IMG/VR virus record: IMGVR_UViG_3300027917_002335 | Coordinates: 35,502-99,501 of that record | Source of the DNA: a virus | Reading direction: 5' to 3' (one strand) | DNA: 64,000 bases | The notes under the pieces: generated by a model | Told to the model about the DNA's origin: nothing | Databases searched by the model: none | The model's input: only the letters and a program-made list of their open reading frames with translations | Shown here: in pieces, positions 1-10,548 of the stretch | Layout: every line of letters begins with the position of its first letter | How positions within the stretch are numbered: position 1 is the stretch's first letter | Position numbers and translations under genes: made by a program

Positions 1-1289
1 GCTTCATTTATATCCTTAAAAACATGTGAATTAACACCTGTTTCTATTGCTTTCATTAAATCTAATGTTTCTTCAAATATTAAATTGCTCCATTCTACAT
101 CTATATCAGTTGGCTCTATTTCTTTAATTCCATGATAGGGTAATAAAACATTTGCATAAAAATCTGTTAATAATAATTCATATTGTCTTCGTATACCAGA
201 TATAAATCTCAACCATCCTTTTTCCAATATTCTGGATGTTGCTAATTCATTTCCAGTAGCATCTCTCTGACCCATTGAGCCAAAGATTGTATACATTATT
301 TGTTTATCTAATTCTTTTATGTATGTTACATATATTTCGGAACTTCTTGAAGTTTGTTTCTCCAAAGTTTCGAAAGTATAATCTCCAGGAACTGCTGCTC
401 CTCCAAATGATGTTATTTGTTTAACAAATAGACTAGCATTATCTATTGCTTTTTGCATTTCTTGTGGACTAGTAGGATAAGTACTAGTTCTTGGATCTCC
501 AATTTTTATTATTACAAAAGGAGCCCAATGCTTTTGCGAATATTTTCTCATAAACCAAAGAATCCATCTTTTATATACAATGTAGTGCATCGCATTAGCG
601 ATGGGTGGTTTTTCGAAGAAATCACCATATAATACATTGTGTAGTTCGTCTGGTATATGTATTTTGTTTGCAATGTTGTCTCTTTGTCTAAAGTCATTGC
701 CGTAATTAATTGATTTAGAGTCCCATTTTTTCCAGTCATGCTCATTATCCTTACCTGCCTGTCTGTAAAACTGTTTCTTTGTCCTATAGTAACTAAAGTT
801 ACCAACATGTTGAATAAATTTCCGGTATCCCATTACAGGATCTTCTCTTATTTCAATTGATTTAGGATCTAGTCGCTGAACATCTACATTATTATATTCT
901 GGTGTCCTGTCATCAACTCTCCACATAAACTGTTTATGAATAATTGCGTCAAACCAACTATCTCTTATAAAGTCTTCAACTGTTTGTCTTTTAACATTGA
1001 TTCTCCTATTCCAGTCATCTATAATCTTTTTAGCATTATCATTTTTATCAAGTCTTATTCGCAAACCATCGCCAATGATGACATGTGCCGTTATATCTGT
1101 AAAACTGGTTGATATCGAGTCATTCCAAAAAGCCTCTTCAAGATTCATGTCATTCATTTTAATCATAACCTTTTTAAGGTTCTTGAGATCTTTGTCTAAC
1201 TCATACTCATCGGCCGCTATATTTGCTACAACAGCCTTATGGCTTGGTAAGTATTCAGGTTTATTCTCCTTTTCTCTCCTTATCGGCAT
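1..1289 (-). CDS. portal protein (partial, runs off left edge)
   Basis: Hand translation gives an uninterrupted minus-strand frame from ATG at 1289 (MPIRREKENKPEYLPSHK...) to the window edge. It is absent from the ORF track because it has no stop in the window. It lies just downstream of terL and has a portal-like segment VDVQRLDPKSIEIREDPVMGYRKFIQ. Confidence 0.75.
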   Translation of the reverse strand, partial: MPIRREKENKPEYLPSHKAVVANIAADEYELDKDLKNLKKVMIKMNDMNLEEAFWNDSISTSFTDITAHVIIGDGLRIRLDKNDNAKKIIDDWNRRINVKRQTVEDFIRDSWFDAIIHKQFMWRVDDRTPEYNNVDVQRLDPKSIEIREDPVMGYRKFIQHVGNFSYYRTKKQFYRQAGKDNEHDWKKWDSKSINYGNDFRQRDNIANKIHIPDELHNVLYGDFFEKPPIANAMHYIVYKRWILWFMRKYSQKHWAPFVIIKIGDPRTSTYPTSPQEMQKAIDNASLFVKQITSFGGAAVPGDYTFETLEKQTSRSSEIYVTYIKELDKQIMYTIFGSMGQRDATGNELATSRILEKGWLRFISGIRRQYELLLTDFYANVLLPYHGIKEIEPTDIDVEWSNLIFEETLDLMKAIETGVNSHVFKDINE

Positions 1290-1491
1290 CCGAAAAACCA
1301 CCCATAAATCTTTTTATTTCATCAAACAATACATCAAATGGATTTTCGCCTGGAGGAACTTCAACAACCCTAACTTTAAATTTAGGTCTTTCAGGCTCTA
1401 CCGCTATGCATGGCATACCATCAACCCATACGATTTTTGTTTTATCTAATTTATTTAATTCTTCCTCAGTTAATTCTTTTTCTTTTTCCAT
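1261..1491 (-). CDS. small hypothetical protein between terL and portal
   Basis: 76-aa ORF overlapping the terL stop and the portal start. Confidence 0.55.
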   Translation of the reverse strand: MEKEKELTEEELNKLDKTKIVWVDGMPCIAVEPERPKFKVRVVEVPPGENPFDVLFDEIKRFMGGFSDADKERKGE

Positions 1492-3167
1492 TATCTTACA
1501 CCATATATATCAAAACTTAAGCCTCTTGGCTTAACTTGATGAACAATAATAGGTTTTTGTCTGTGACCCCATAAACTAAGAGCAAATGCAATAACTCTAT
1601 CATCGTGAAATGATTGAGTTCCGTATTTAATATAATCAGTTCCTGGCATCACTTCTGCTTCAAATCTTAAGCATTCCTCCCTAAATTCTCCAATTTCTGG
1701 TTCACTAGCTGGAGGTATTTCAATTAATCCTTTTGAAAACATCTTAATTACTTCTCCTATTAGATCAGGTTTATTTGCACGGGAAATTATAAATCCTCGT
1801 GAATTCATTTTATTGTCAAAAATTTTAGTATTAATATCTTTATCAGTTCTAAGTATATACTTCTTCCCATCCTCTTTAAATACCAATATTTTTTCTCTTT
1901 GTAAAGTTTTTATGTCATCTTCGAATAATTCTACAAGAGGATCTCCCAATCCTGTGGCGTCCAGGACTGCTAAATATGGATTAAATTTTTCAACGACCAT
2001 CATTAATTTTCTTCGAATATATTTATAAGTTCTTCTTAAGTCATTGTCACCTGCAACTGATAAAGCATAATCAAGAATAACATGACCAGTCTTTTTATCT
2101 CTATGTGTTACATAAAAACAAGAAGCATCATGTTTTCTACCATAATCTACACCTAATACATAAGCCTCTTTTTCATAAGAAACAAATGCATTTCTTAATT
2201 TTTGATTTGTACAATTTGTAAGCCACTGTCCTAAGATAACCATTGAGGCATCTGAGACAATTTCTCCTAAATATTCTTGTCTTCCCCATGGAGTCCAACC
2301 GTCATCATCTAATAAATCTTTTACATCAGCAGGATCTCTTAAACCATCATTCCAAGGATCAACCCAAGGAACTGAGAATCTTCCTATTCCGTATTTGTAA
2401 TCTAAAGCACCACAATCAACACAAGGATACATTTCGTCTAGTGGCATTCTTCCATTTGGAAAATTATCAACATTAAATGCAGATTGATGGTATTCTGAAC
2501 CACAATTGTTACAAATTATTGGTCTTGTTTCTAAACCTCTATAATAATAATCAATGAATTTTCCTTTTGGACCGTATGGAGTTGATAACATTATCCAACG
2601 CTCTCCGTGAGTGGTTGTTGGCAATGCTGCTGCGAATAAGATCTCTTCTTCTATTTGGGCTGCTTCGTCGGCAAACAGAAATGTATATGTCGACCCCCGA
2701 ATGTTGTCGGTGCATGGCCATACTTCTATATAATTCCCGTTGGCGATCTCTAAGAAATCTACTCTTAATGATTTCTGAACGACATATTTCCAAAATATTG
2801 AAAACCTCAAAATTGCTTTAATTTTACGATATAATTTCTTTGCTGCTTTATCTGATGCTGATATAATTCCAATTGTACAATTTGGAAACATTAATAAGAA
2901 AGCACAAGCAGCATAAGCACAAGCACTGGTTTTTCCAGTTTGTCTTGGCCAAATCATTACAGATCCTTTAGGGATTCTTTTTGCATCACTAAATTTATAT
3001 TGTGATAGAGGAAATCCAAATTGAATTGAATCAATTGCATCTTTTTGAGCCTGAGTTAATCTACATTTATGACCAGAATGATAAATATCTGGTAAGAATT
3101 CTTCTATAAAATCAACGGCTCTAAATGCAACATCTTGAAGATGTTGGATTTCTTCTGCACTAATCAC
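1491..3167 (-). CDS. terL: terminase large subunit
   Basis: Walker A PRQTGKT, Walker B LFADEAA, coupling motif LSTP, nuclease motifs LGVDYGRKHD, DATG and HDDRVIAFAL. Confidence 0.95.
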   Translation of the reverse strand: MISAEEIQHLQDVAFRAVDFIEEFLPDIYHSGHKCRLTQAQKDAIDSIQFGFPLSQYKFSDAKRIPKGSVMIWPRQTGKTSACAYAACAFLLMFPNCTIGIISASDKAAKKLYRKIKAILRFSIFWKYVVQKSLRVDFLEIANGNYIEVWPCTDNIRGSTYTFLFADEAAQIEEEILFAAALPTTTHGERWIMLSTPYGPKGKFIDYYYRGLETRPIICNNCGSEYHQSAFNVDNFPNGRMPLDEMYPCVDCGALDYKYGIGRFSVPWVDPWNDGLRDPADVKDLLDDDGWTPWGRQEYLGEIVSDASMVILGQWLTNCTNQKLRNAFVSYEKEAYVLGVDYGRKHDASCFYVTHRDKKTGHVILDYALSVAGDNDLRRTYKYIRRKLMMVVEKFNPYLAVLDATGLGDPLVELFEDDIKTLQREKILVFKEDGKKYILRTDKDINTKIFDNKMNSRGFIISRANKPDLIGEVIKMFSKGLIEIPPASEPEIGEFREECLRFEAEVMPGTDYIKYGTQSFHDDRVIAFALSLWGHRQKPIIVHQVKPRGLSFDIYGVR

Positions 3168-3513
3168 TAATTCTCGCCTTTACTTTAATTTTATCTTTAA
3201 TTACAATATATTCATCGGTACCTAACATTACTAATACATCGTATTGATATGTTCTTGGATCAATTGTTTTTGTATCAGCTGGTTTTAAATGAATTCTAAA
3301 TTCAGAATTTGGTAAATCTGTATCTTGAATTTCATCTGCTCCTCCACCAGCATCAGTATTTCTTTTTAATAATACAATTTCAGCAGAATCATCTTCTTCA
3401 TCTTCTTTCATTGTAAAATAAATTTTAGCGCCAGTTAAAACAACGGCTCCTCCATTAACAGTTACATCTAATTTAACTGTAGTACCTTGAAATATTTCAA
3501 TATAATTAGTCAT
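3160..3513 (-). CDS. BppU N-terminal-like (baseplate upper) Ig-like protein
   Basis: Pattern IFQGTT..L.VTV...LTGAKIYFTMK...FRIHL.PADT...YQYDV typical of this domain. Confidence 0.55.
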   Translation of the reverse strand: MTNYIEIFQGTTVKLDVTVNGGAVVLTGAKIYFTMKEDEEDDSAEIVLLKRNTDAGGGADEIQDTDLPNSEFRIHLKPADTKTIDPRTYQYDVLVMLGTDEYIVIKDKIKVKARISD

Positions 3514-3709
3514 CTAATTCTCCCTCTAATTGTTCTGTATAGGTTAATGTTCCTATTAATTCTTCTACTTGCTCAAGAGAGCCAGTTAATACCTCTGCTT
3601 GTTCTATAATTCCTGTTAAATATGTTACCACTTGTAAACCACCTTCTCCACCTTCTCCAAATCCTCCTCTCCAACCACGAGTGGCTTTTCTTAAAGTTAT
3701 AAATGGCAT
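3506..3709 (-). CDS. small virion-associated hypothetical protein
   Basis: 67 aa, coupled to next gene, repeated L.G.(L/I)EQ heptad-like units. Confidence 0.45.
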   Translation of the reverse strand: MPFITLRKATRGWRGGFGEGGEGGLQVVTYLTGIIEQAEVLTGSLEQVEELIGTLTYTEQLEGELDD

Positions 3710-3840
3710 TTAAATTTCCTCCAACTTATTTCTTTTTTATTTCCTTTTCCGTCTTGTGTATAAAATTTCATATATCGAGCATGAAAATTCCTGTTTTCTC
3801 TGTCTTTCTTAGTAATTTCTGATTCTCTTTGATAAGCCAT

Positions 3841-5046
3841 TTAATCACTCTCCTTCACAAGATATGGATCGGTGTCTCCTAAATTTTTATACCATAAGTA
3901 TAATTCTTGTATTTCTACACCAGAAACTGTCCAATCTGGATCTTCTGTTTTTTTATACTTGAAAATTACTTTATCTACAACACCAGAAGCTACATTTCTT
4001 GGTGCATAATCTGTTAATGCTTCTATGAATTCATAAGAAACATTACCTTCTTTTAGCATGTCTATTGTTTTCATAAGTACTCCATATGTGTTTGGAGTCA
4101 TATGAGCTGATAATAATTCATCCCACACAGCATTTGTTATATCGTCTAATGAATGTATATGTTCTGCTCTAACTTCAAAATCATCACCGTTGGCGGGTGC
4201 TTGTGGTAATGGTTTTACTAAATGAATATTATGTGTTGCTGAATCGTAATGAGCTATTATTCTTACAATTCCTTCTAAAGCTCCACTTGTAAAGTATATA
4301 TATTGATCGTCATAAAATCCATCAATGGATTGTGTTAAATCTGTTATAAAATCTGTTGTCGTAGGTGATGGATCATTAATTTGTCCTACTTGTACTTCTC
4401 CTAAAGCTCTTAATCTTCTTCCAGCTGAATATTGAACATTATGAGTTATTGCTGTTAATGGTTCATCCCATATTTTATCTACTAGAGCGTCTTCGTCAAT
4501 AGTAACGCCACTTGCTCTATAATCTTCAATGTTTTCTGATGGAACTAATTTTTGATTTTTAGCTCCAAATGTACTAGGCGTGTTGTGTGCTGATATTGCT
4601 TGATCCCATACTAATCCTGCTATCTCAGTTTTATCTTCTGGAAGTACTGCACTTCCTACTTCTACTGTTTGGGTTAGTGGTGATGTGTCAAACCTTACAA
4701 ATACATTACAGGCTCCAGATGGTTTAATATGTATTGGTTTTGAAATATCAGCTGGATATAAATTTCCAACGATTGTTAATTCGTAATCTCCACACCAAGG
4801 AACTATTCTCCATCCTTGAACTCCAGAAGCAATATTTTGATTCTGAAACATGTAGTAGTCTCCTGCTAACCTACCTCCTCCTAGTGGATTACCTCCAAAT
4901 GTGTCAAACATAGGATGAAACATTGCGCCTGAACCAGATTTAACCCATTCTTTCCAATCTGAGTATAAATCAATTTGAGTATCAATTTCTACTACTCCTG
5001 TTATGATTCTAGCGTAATAGTTCTTACCATCAAAATTTATTTTCAT
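3841..5046 (-). CDS. putative virion structural/adhesin protein with (V/I)WD repeats
   Basis: Three repeats (IAGLVWDQAISAH, LVDKIWDEPLTAITH, ITNAVWDELLSAH); morphogenesis context. Confidence 0.55.
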   Translation of the reverse strand: MKINFDGKNYYARIITGVVEIDTQIDLYSDWKEWVKSGSGAMFHPMFDTFGGNPLGGGRLAGDYYMFQNQNIASGVQGWRIVPWCGDYELTIVGNLYPADISKPIHIKPSGACNVFVRFDTSPLTQTVEVGSAVLPEDKTEIAGLVWDQAISAHNTPSTFGAKNQKLVPSENIEDYRASGVTIDEDALVDKIWDEPLTAITHNVQYSAGRRLRALGEVQVGQINDPSPTTTDFITDLTQSIDGFYDDQYIYFTSGALEGIVRIIAHYDSATHNIHLVKPLPQAPANGDDFEVRAEHIHSLDDITNAVWDELLSAHMTPNTYGVLMKTIDMLKEGNVSYEFIEALTDYAPRNVASGVVDKVIFKYKKTEDPDWTVSGVEIQELYLWYKNLGDTDPYLVKESD

Positions 5047-5408
5047 ATTTTCTGACCTGTAAATGCAGTTGGTTCACATACAATTATTCCTCTTTTTTTC
5101 CAATAATCACTAAATCCGCCTCCAGCTCTAACCCATTCACCAGAAGCTACTGTCATAAGAGGAAACTGTGGATGAACATCCCATAAAAAAGTAAAGTTCG
5201 TCCAATCCATTAATTCTTCATTAACATACCTAAACTGCTTTTCAAAAATGATTTTGAGCCCTGGGGCTCGTTCTTTGTACCATTTATCAAAATCTCTACT
5301 TCTATTACTTCTAATACGATGAAGGATTTGTCTAACATTCCTTCTCGTAAGTTTACCAAGTTGAATTTCGCTTGTTACCAATTCCATAGAATCTATAACA
5401 TTCATCAT
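5043..5408 (-). CDS. hypothetical protein
   Basis: 121-aa ORF in operon with overlapping stop/start. Confidence 0.5.
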   Translation of the reverse strand: MMNVIDSMELVTSEIQLGKLTRRNVRQILHRIRSNRSRDFDKWYKERAPGLKIIFEKQFRYVNEELMDWTNFTFLWDVHPQFPLMTVASGEWVRAGGGFSDYWKKRGIIVCEPTAFTGQKI

Positions 5409-5413
5409 ATCAC

Positions 5414-7804
5414 CTAAGGATTACTGTAGTTCCTCTCCAATGGTGCTACTAATGAAAAGTTATTAGTCTTCGTTCTCTCAATAGTTCCAGTTGTTTTAAC
5501 GAAAGTTGCTGTTTGTAATCCAATTGCAACTATAGTTACTGGCGCGTCTTCTCCTGCTGATGCTTCTCCTCTTTGAACATTGCCATCATAATCATAGTCA
5601 AATGATATGCTTGGTGATCCGCCAACATTACCTTTAATTTCAGAAGTATCATTCTTTTGTACGATTATAGCATTTATTGTACCATAATCATAACCAGCGT
5701 CATCTCCTGCATCGTCGTTTGTAAAGAACATCCAATATTTAGCATTAGCATCTCCTTGCAAGTTAGTATTAAATGAAATGTTACCTGCTGCTATATATTT
5801 TTCAGTTCTTGAAACTCCAGTTGCATCTATATAAGTTATGTTGTTGGCATCTGCCGCATTCAAATCATCAATTACCATATCATAAGTTGTTGCTGTAGGA
5901 AAAGAATAAGCCATAAGAATATCAGTAATATCTCCTCTGCTTATTTCAGGTCCATGATCTATGTCAGTTGTTTGTCGTAATTGATGTTGACAATATTGAT
6001 AACAATCTCCAAGAGTGGCATCATTTCCTAATAATCTCCACTTAAATCCATAAACAACTGAATTAATTGTTCTTCTGAATCCACGATAAACATTCTTTGT
6101 ACAACTTACTGCTCCTTCATCAACTATTGTATCAGTAGAAACTACTGTTAATTTACTTGATGTAACTCCTGCTACTGTGAAAGAACCATTGTTGTTAGTT
6201 GTTCCTGAAATTACAATTATATCTCCAACTTCTACACCGTCAGATGACCAATCACCAGAAGCTCTTTCAATTGTACCATCTGTTGGATCAGCATCGTTAA
6301 ATGTTAAATTACCAGTTGCGGATAATGAGATTTCATCCCATTTATATTGTAGAAACATTCCAGGTTCTACTATGTAGAAATCTATACTTCCAACGGAAGT
6401 GAATGCTTTATCTTCAGTGTTTAGTACCAAAGTATCGTCATCTGTGACTGAAACTACTTTATAAACACCTCTGTGGTCAGAACCAGATTCAACAATTATT
6501 ACTAAATCGTCTGCGGATACAACACCTGAAAATCCTGCTGTTGCTGAGTCTAATGTACCAGTATCTCCATCAATATCAGCTAAAACTCCATCAGTTCTTG
6601 GAGTTTCTGCGTCAGCAATAATGAATCTTGTGTATAGAGTCCAAGTAAGAACTGTATCTCCAGTAAATAATCCACCACTGTGTTCCCAAGTATCACAAGT
6701 TAATGTGGTGTCGTTTACAACTTCTGTAACTTCCCAGTAACCTGCATCACTACCAGTTGTAATGTATAAAACATCTCCTACATGAGCTGTAGTTAAGAAG
6801 TTTTGTCCAGTTTCTGAGAATGTACTTGAACTTGCTGTGGTAACTCCGTTAGTTCCAGAATCGGCTGTGGTTCTTGCTGTATATGGACTTGTTCCCATAA
6901 TTTCTCCGTCAGTATCTACTATTGCTGCATCTGTGACATGAGATAATGGAAACTGGTAAAATGTATTTTCAAGAGCAACATATTCTTGTTCAGTATTCAA
7001 GTCATATGAAGAATATGTCTTGTATTTCTTTCTAAGAAATGCCTTGAAATAAGTTCTTCGATTGTCCATTGGCTCCCATATTAATACTGATTCGTTAACT
7101 TTTCCTGTGAATTCAAAATCAACAGGATCTTGTGTTGCTGAATATTGTTGATAATATGGTTGAGCGTCAGAATCCATATCGCCTAGTGAACCCATTCCTG
7201 CCCAAGATTGAACTAAACCCCCAGTTGAGTTCTTAGAATCCCAACCGCCATCTCTTATTTTCTTTCTGGTGTAATAATTGAAGAATTCCCAATCCCAGTT
7301 GTCGTCTCCGCCTCCAATTTCTGCTTGTTTAGGCGTAATCATTTCAAATGGAAACCAGTAACGGATCAAATCGTCTCCAGCGTATAATTCAGAGTCAGTT
7401 CTCCATTCAATTTTTGAAAATGAATAAAGACATTGTTCTGTAACACCGTCTTCAACTGCTCCTCCAGTTGGATCTCTAACTTCAAACCATAATCCACTTT
7501 CAGCCACATCTACAACATATCCTGTAATTGTGACTCCAGTTTCACTATCAACGCTTGCTATTCTATGATGTGCTGCTTGTCCCTTGTTAAATACTAAGAG
7601 AATATCATTTGGTGCAGCACCCCAACTTGAGAATGTTGCAGATGTTGATGTGAATGCGTTGGTAACTGGCCAGAATCTTCCGTCAATTCCAGAAGCTCCT
7701 GCCCCAACTAAACTTCCAACTGGCCAAATCGAAATTTCTCGGCTTTCTGTACCGAATATAACCTCTTTTCTATCCAGATTATCTGGATCAGTTACTTTTG
7801 CCAT
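5414..7804 (-). CDS. large acidic beta-rich virion protein (tail fibre/adhesin-like) with about 4 internal repeats
   Basis: D/T/G/S-rich; repeats GDVLYITTGSDAGYWEVTEV, DDLVIIVESGSDHRGVYKVVSV, GDIIVISGTTNNNGSFTVAGV, NDILLVFNKGQAAHHRIASV; ends RNYSNP. Confidence 0.6.
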   Translation of the reverse strand: MAKVTDPDNLDRKEVIFGTESREISIWPVGSLVGAGASGIDGRFWPVTNAFTSTSATFSSWGAAPNDILLVFNKGQAAHHRIASVDSETGVTITGYVVDVAESGLWFEVRDPTGGAVEDGVTEQCLYSFSKIEWRTDSELYAGDDLIRYWFPFEMITPKQAEIGGGDDNWDWEFFNYYTRKKIRDGGWDSKNSTGGLVQSWAGMGSLGDMDSDAQPYYQQYSATQDPVDFEFTGKVNESVLIWEPMDNRRTYFKAFLRKKYKTYSSYDLNTEQEYVALENTFYQFPLSHVTDAAIVDTDGEIMGTSPYTARTTADSGTNGVTTASSSTFSETGQNFLTTAHVGDVLYITTGSDAGYWEVTEVVNDTTLTCDTWEHSGGLFTGDTVLTWTLYTRFIIADAETPRTDGVLADIDGDTGTLDSATAGFSGVVSADDLVIIVESGSDHRGVYKVVSVTDDDTLVLNTEDKAFTSVGSIDFYIVEPGMFLQYKWDEISLSATGNLTFNDADPTDGTIERASGDWSSDGVEVGDIIVISGTTNNNGSFTVAGVTSSKLTVVSTDTIVDEGAVSCTKNVYRGFRRTINSVVYGFKWRLLGNDATLGDCYQYCQHQLRQTTDIDHGPEISRGDITDILMAYSFPTATTYDMVIDDLNAADANNITYIDATGVSRTEKYIAAGNISFNTNLQGDANAKYWMFFTNDDAGDDAGYDYGTINAIIVQKNDTSEIKGNVGGSPSISFDYDYDGNVQRGEASAGEDAPVTIVAIGLQTATFVKTTGTIERTKTNNFSLVAPLERNYSNP

Positions 7805-7816
7805 TTTCTAACCTCT

Positions 7817-9457
7817 TTAAGGATTGTTAAAATTTCTGTCTGTGCTTTGAAACACAGGTATACTTTGATTTGAGCTACTAAGAGTAGCACCAAATCTTAT
7901 GTACTCATAATCTATGTGAAGGACAGTTACCCATATGTCTATGTCTCCTGTCCAATTATAATTGTATTGAAAACTTGTACCTGAATTTTCAATACCATCT
8001 ATTTCAGAATTGTCAGATTTCTTAATTAATCTAACTTCTGAATTTGCTATTAAATCTGTAAGTGCAAATGTTACTGGAGTAACAAAATAAACTGTTCCAG
8101 TTCCAGTTGCTGTGAATGAAGAAGCATTTGAAGTTCCAACATTGTTGACTGTTAAATCTCCAGATGCTGCTGTGAAATAAACATCTTTTGTGTTGTCGAT
8201 AAATATTAAATCGTTATAATCAACTTCTTCGGAAACGGTATGTCTAATTGCGTATCCATTGTTAATGAATTTAGAGTCTTGAATGCTTAAATCCATATTG
8301 GTGTACCATAACAACGAACCATTAGAACTTGCGGTGTTTGAAAAGATTGTGTTTCGTATTTGTCCTGCGTATCCATTCATATCTACTTCTTCGCAATTGT
8401 CGAATACGCAACTGAATATATCTACATTTGAATTATCAATGAAGTAAACATAGCCATCTATTCCGAAAAATTTAGTGTTATATAAGAGAACATATGAACT
8501 TGAATTTGTTAAATTGCTACAATCGTAATAACAAGAAACATCAAGATTTCCCTCAAATGTGCTTCCATTTCGACCAGAATCAGTTCCTACTATAATTCCG
8601 TCAGTGTGTCTCGTGTAATAACTTCCATTATCTTCGTAATCAATTCCAAGGTAATTGTCATTAACCATTGGAGTCCAAGCAGAACTGTACCAATATACTG
8701 TTCTTATGAATTGAAAGTTTTTGCCAGAATCGGTTAAAACTGTGTTTGCTATTTGATCTGTGTCTCCTATTGTTAATTTTCCCATTGAATAAATAATTTT
8801 ATTAGAATCGTCGTATTGTATCATTCCCCAAGCTCTAGTTGCGTAGGCAGTACAATAATCTGCCGCATCAAATAATCCGTCAGTATCTGTTCCAGTAACT
8901 TGTATTCCATAGCCAACAGCTATGGTATCTATCATTACATTTTGAGTCTTTGAATTTGCTGTAGTCTCTATATGTATCCCTACCCAATTTATAGCTCCAA
9001 TATCACAACCGCCACCATTAGTTCTTGTTGGTGTAGTTGTAGGATCGAGAGCAAAACAAACAAAGCCTCCTTTCTTTCCTCTGAAGTTTCTTAGATCATC
9101 GTAGCCAGCTATTGTCCAGTCAGACCAAACCGTTGAACCAGAATAAAGTCTAATACATAAACCGTAATTTGCTACACTTTCTAAAATACCTAAAGTAGTA
9201 CATCCAATCCACATAAATAATAGTTGCCCTTCGTCTGCTCCAGATGTGTCGAAATCTAAATTTCTTCCAAATTCTGTTGCAACATCGCAGTAGAGTTCAC
9301 CAGCTTTGTTTGATGCTTGTGCTGAGACACAGTAAGAACCTTGAAGATAGAAATCTCCTTCTTGAGTTTCAGAACCGATAGTTACTGTGTTCCAATTGGT
9401 TGTTGTTTCCGCGTTAGTAATAACGCCAGTTCCATTAATAGTTACTGTTAGAGCCAT
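7817..9457 (-). CDS. virion protein with probable right-handed beta-helix (tail spike/adhesin-like)
   Basis: N/T/S-rich with beta-helix-like repeats (NTKFF, SCVFDNC, NTIFSN, DSKFINN); ends RNFNNP. Confidence 0.55.
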   Translation of the reverse strand: MALTVTINGTGVITNAETTTNWNTVTIGSETQEGDFYLQGSYCVSAQASNKAGELYCDVATEFGRNLDFDTSGADEGQLLFMWIGCTTLGILESVANYGLCIRLYSGSTVWSDWTIAGYDDLRNFRGKKGGFVCFALDPTTTPTRTNGGGCDIGAINWVGIHIETTANSKTQNVMIDTIAVGYGIQVTGTDTDGLFDAADYCTAYATRAWGMIQYDDSNKIIYSMGKLTIGDTDQIANTVLTDSGKNFQFIRTVYWYSSAWTPMVNDNYLGIDYEDNGSYYTRHTDGIIVGTDSGRNGSTFEGNLDVSCYYDCSNLTNSSSYVLLYNTKFFGIDGYVYFIDNSNVDIFSCVFDNCEEVDMNGYAGQIRNTIFSNTASSNGSLLWYTNMDLSIQDSKFINNGYAIRHTVSEEVDYNDLIFIDNTKDVYFTAASGDLTVNNVGTSNASSFTATGTGTVYFVTPVTFALTDLIANSEVRLIKKSDNSEIDGIENSGTSFQYNYNWTGDIDIWVTVLHIDYEYIRFGATLSSSNQSIPVFQSTDRNFNNP

Positions 9458-9944
9458 TTATTAATTCCTCTAAAAATTTTACTAAATGTCTATCTTCTCT
9501 TTGGTTCCATTTATCTACAATTTCGTTGTATTCTAATCGATCTTTTCGCCATTCTAAGGCTAAATTTTTTATATCAAATTCTTCACCTTTTCCAATTCCT
9601 GGACAAGAATTATCCCAAATTATTTGTTCTGTGAAACCGTCTTCATATTCTATAAAAATTGGATTGCAAGGATACATTCGACAGGCAGTTGGACGGTATT
9701 TATGAACAGAGCATTTATTATCTTTTAAGAAAATACATTGCTGATTTAAATGTTTTAAGATGAGAACTCCTTCGTAATCATTTCCTTTGACGAGTTTGCC
9801 TTTAGGATTATAAGAAAAAGGTACAAAGTCGATGCATTCAAATATGTTTGTGATTTCTGATAAGCGTTGAATGTCTCTTTTAGTTAGAGCAACAATTTTC
9901 TTTTTGCAACAAGAATCTTCACACATTTGACATTCAAACTTCAT
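9435..9944 (-). CDS. YkgJ/CxxCxxCC family Fe-S or Zn cluster protein
   Basis: N-terminal CQMCEDSCC, then CIFL...CSVH..RPTACRMYP and CPGIG. Confidence 0.85.
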   Translation of the reverse strand: MKFECQMCEDSCCKKKIVALTKRDIQRLSEITNIFECIDFVPFSYNPKGKLVKGNDYEGVLILKHLNQQCIFLKDNKCSVHKYRPTACRMYPCNPIFIEYEDGFTEQIIWDNSCPGIGKGEEFDIKNLALEWRKDRLEYNEIVDKWNQREDRHLVKFLEELINGSNSNY

Positions 9945-10347
9945 CGCGGTTCCTCTTCCAATTTTCTAAAGCTTCTTCAAACTTTTCAGGTTTGACTTTG
10001 GCTATTTCTAAAATTATTTTGGCTTTCGTTTCCAATGCTATTTTTTCGGCATCTTGCTGAACTTCTCCGCCAGCTAATTTCCAAATATCATTTTTCGTAA
10101 GACGGGCTTCTCTTATCCAAGCCAGAAGCTGAGGATTAACATGAGTCTTTTGACCAACCACAGTTCCTTCTTCATCTTTAAGTTCTTCAACTCTGGTGTC
10201 TTTGAGCAATTTTTCTATAACATCGTTGACAATGTCATAGCCCTTTTTCATCTCTTGCGCAACATCGAACGCCAGGGTTGGTGTTTCTTCGTATAAGGTC
10301 AAAGCTCCTTTTGTTTCTTTTTCCACTTTTGATGTTTTTTGCGCCAT
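9934..10347 (-). CDS. possible terminase small subunit
   Basis: First gene of the leftward late operon; helical 137 aa; G....KTHVNPQL..W.REA...I.KL.G resembles the NP motif of P27-type TerS. Confidence 0.35.
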   Translation of the reverse strand: MAQKTSKVEKETKGALTLYEETPTLAFDVAQEMKKGYDIVNDVIEKLLKDTRVEELKDEEGTVVGQKTHVNPQLLAWIREARLTKNDIWKLAGGEVQQDAEKIALETKAKIILEIAKVKPEKFEEALENWKRNRDEV

Positions 10348-10548
10348 CTCTAATAGTATATTGATTTAAGGGTTTATAAAGGTTGAGTTTATGAAAACAT
10401 AAATTAGTTCGTAATTCCATTGATTTTGATCCTCGTTTTCGCGTATTTGGGGATGTTTAGTTCAGGAAAAAGTAAAGAAGTGCCTAAAAGGTGACGAGTT
10501 GGGAAAAAAAGCTCGTTAATTTAGGAAAAAGTAAATAAATTTATAAAA

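Noticed and set aside
548-1534. ORF-track entries 548-808, 997-1449 and 1223-1534
   Set aside because: Shadow frames overlapping the long portal frame (1289 to the edge)
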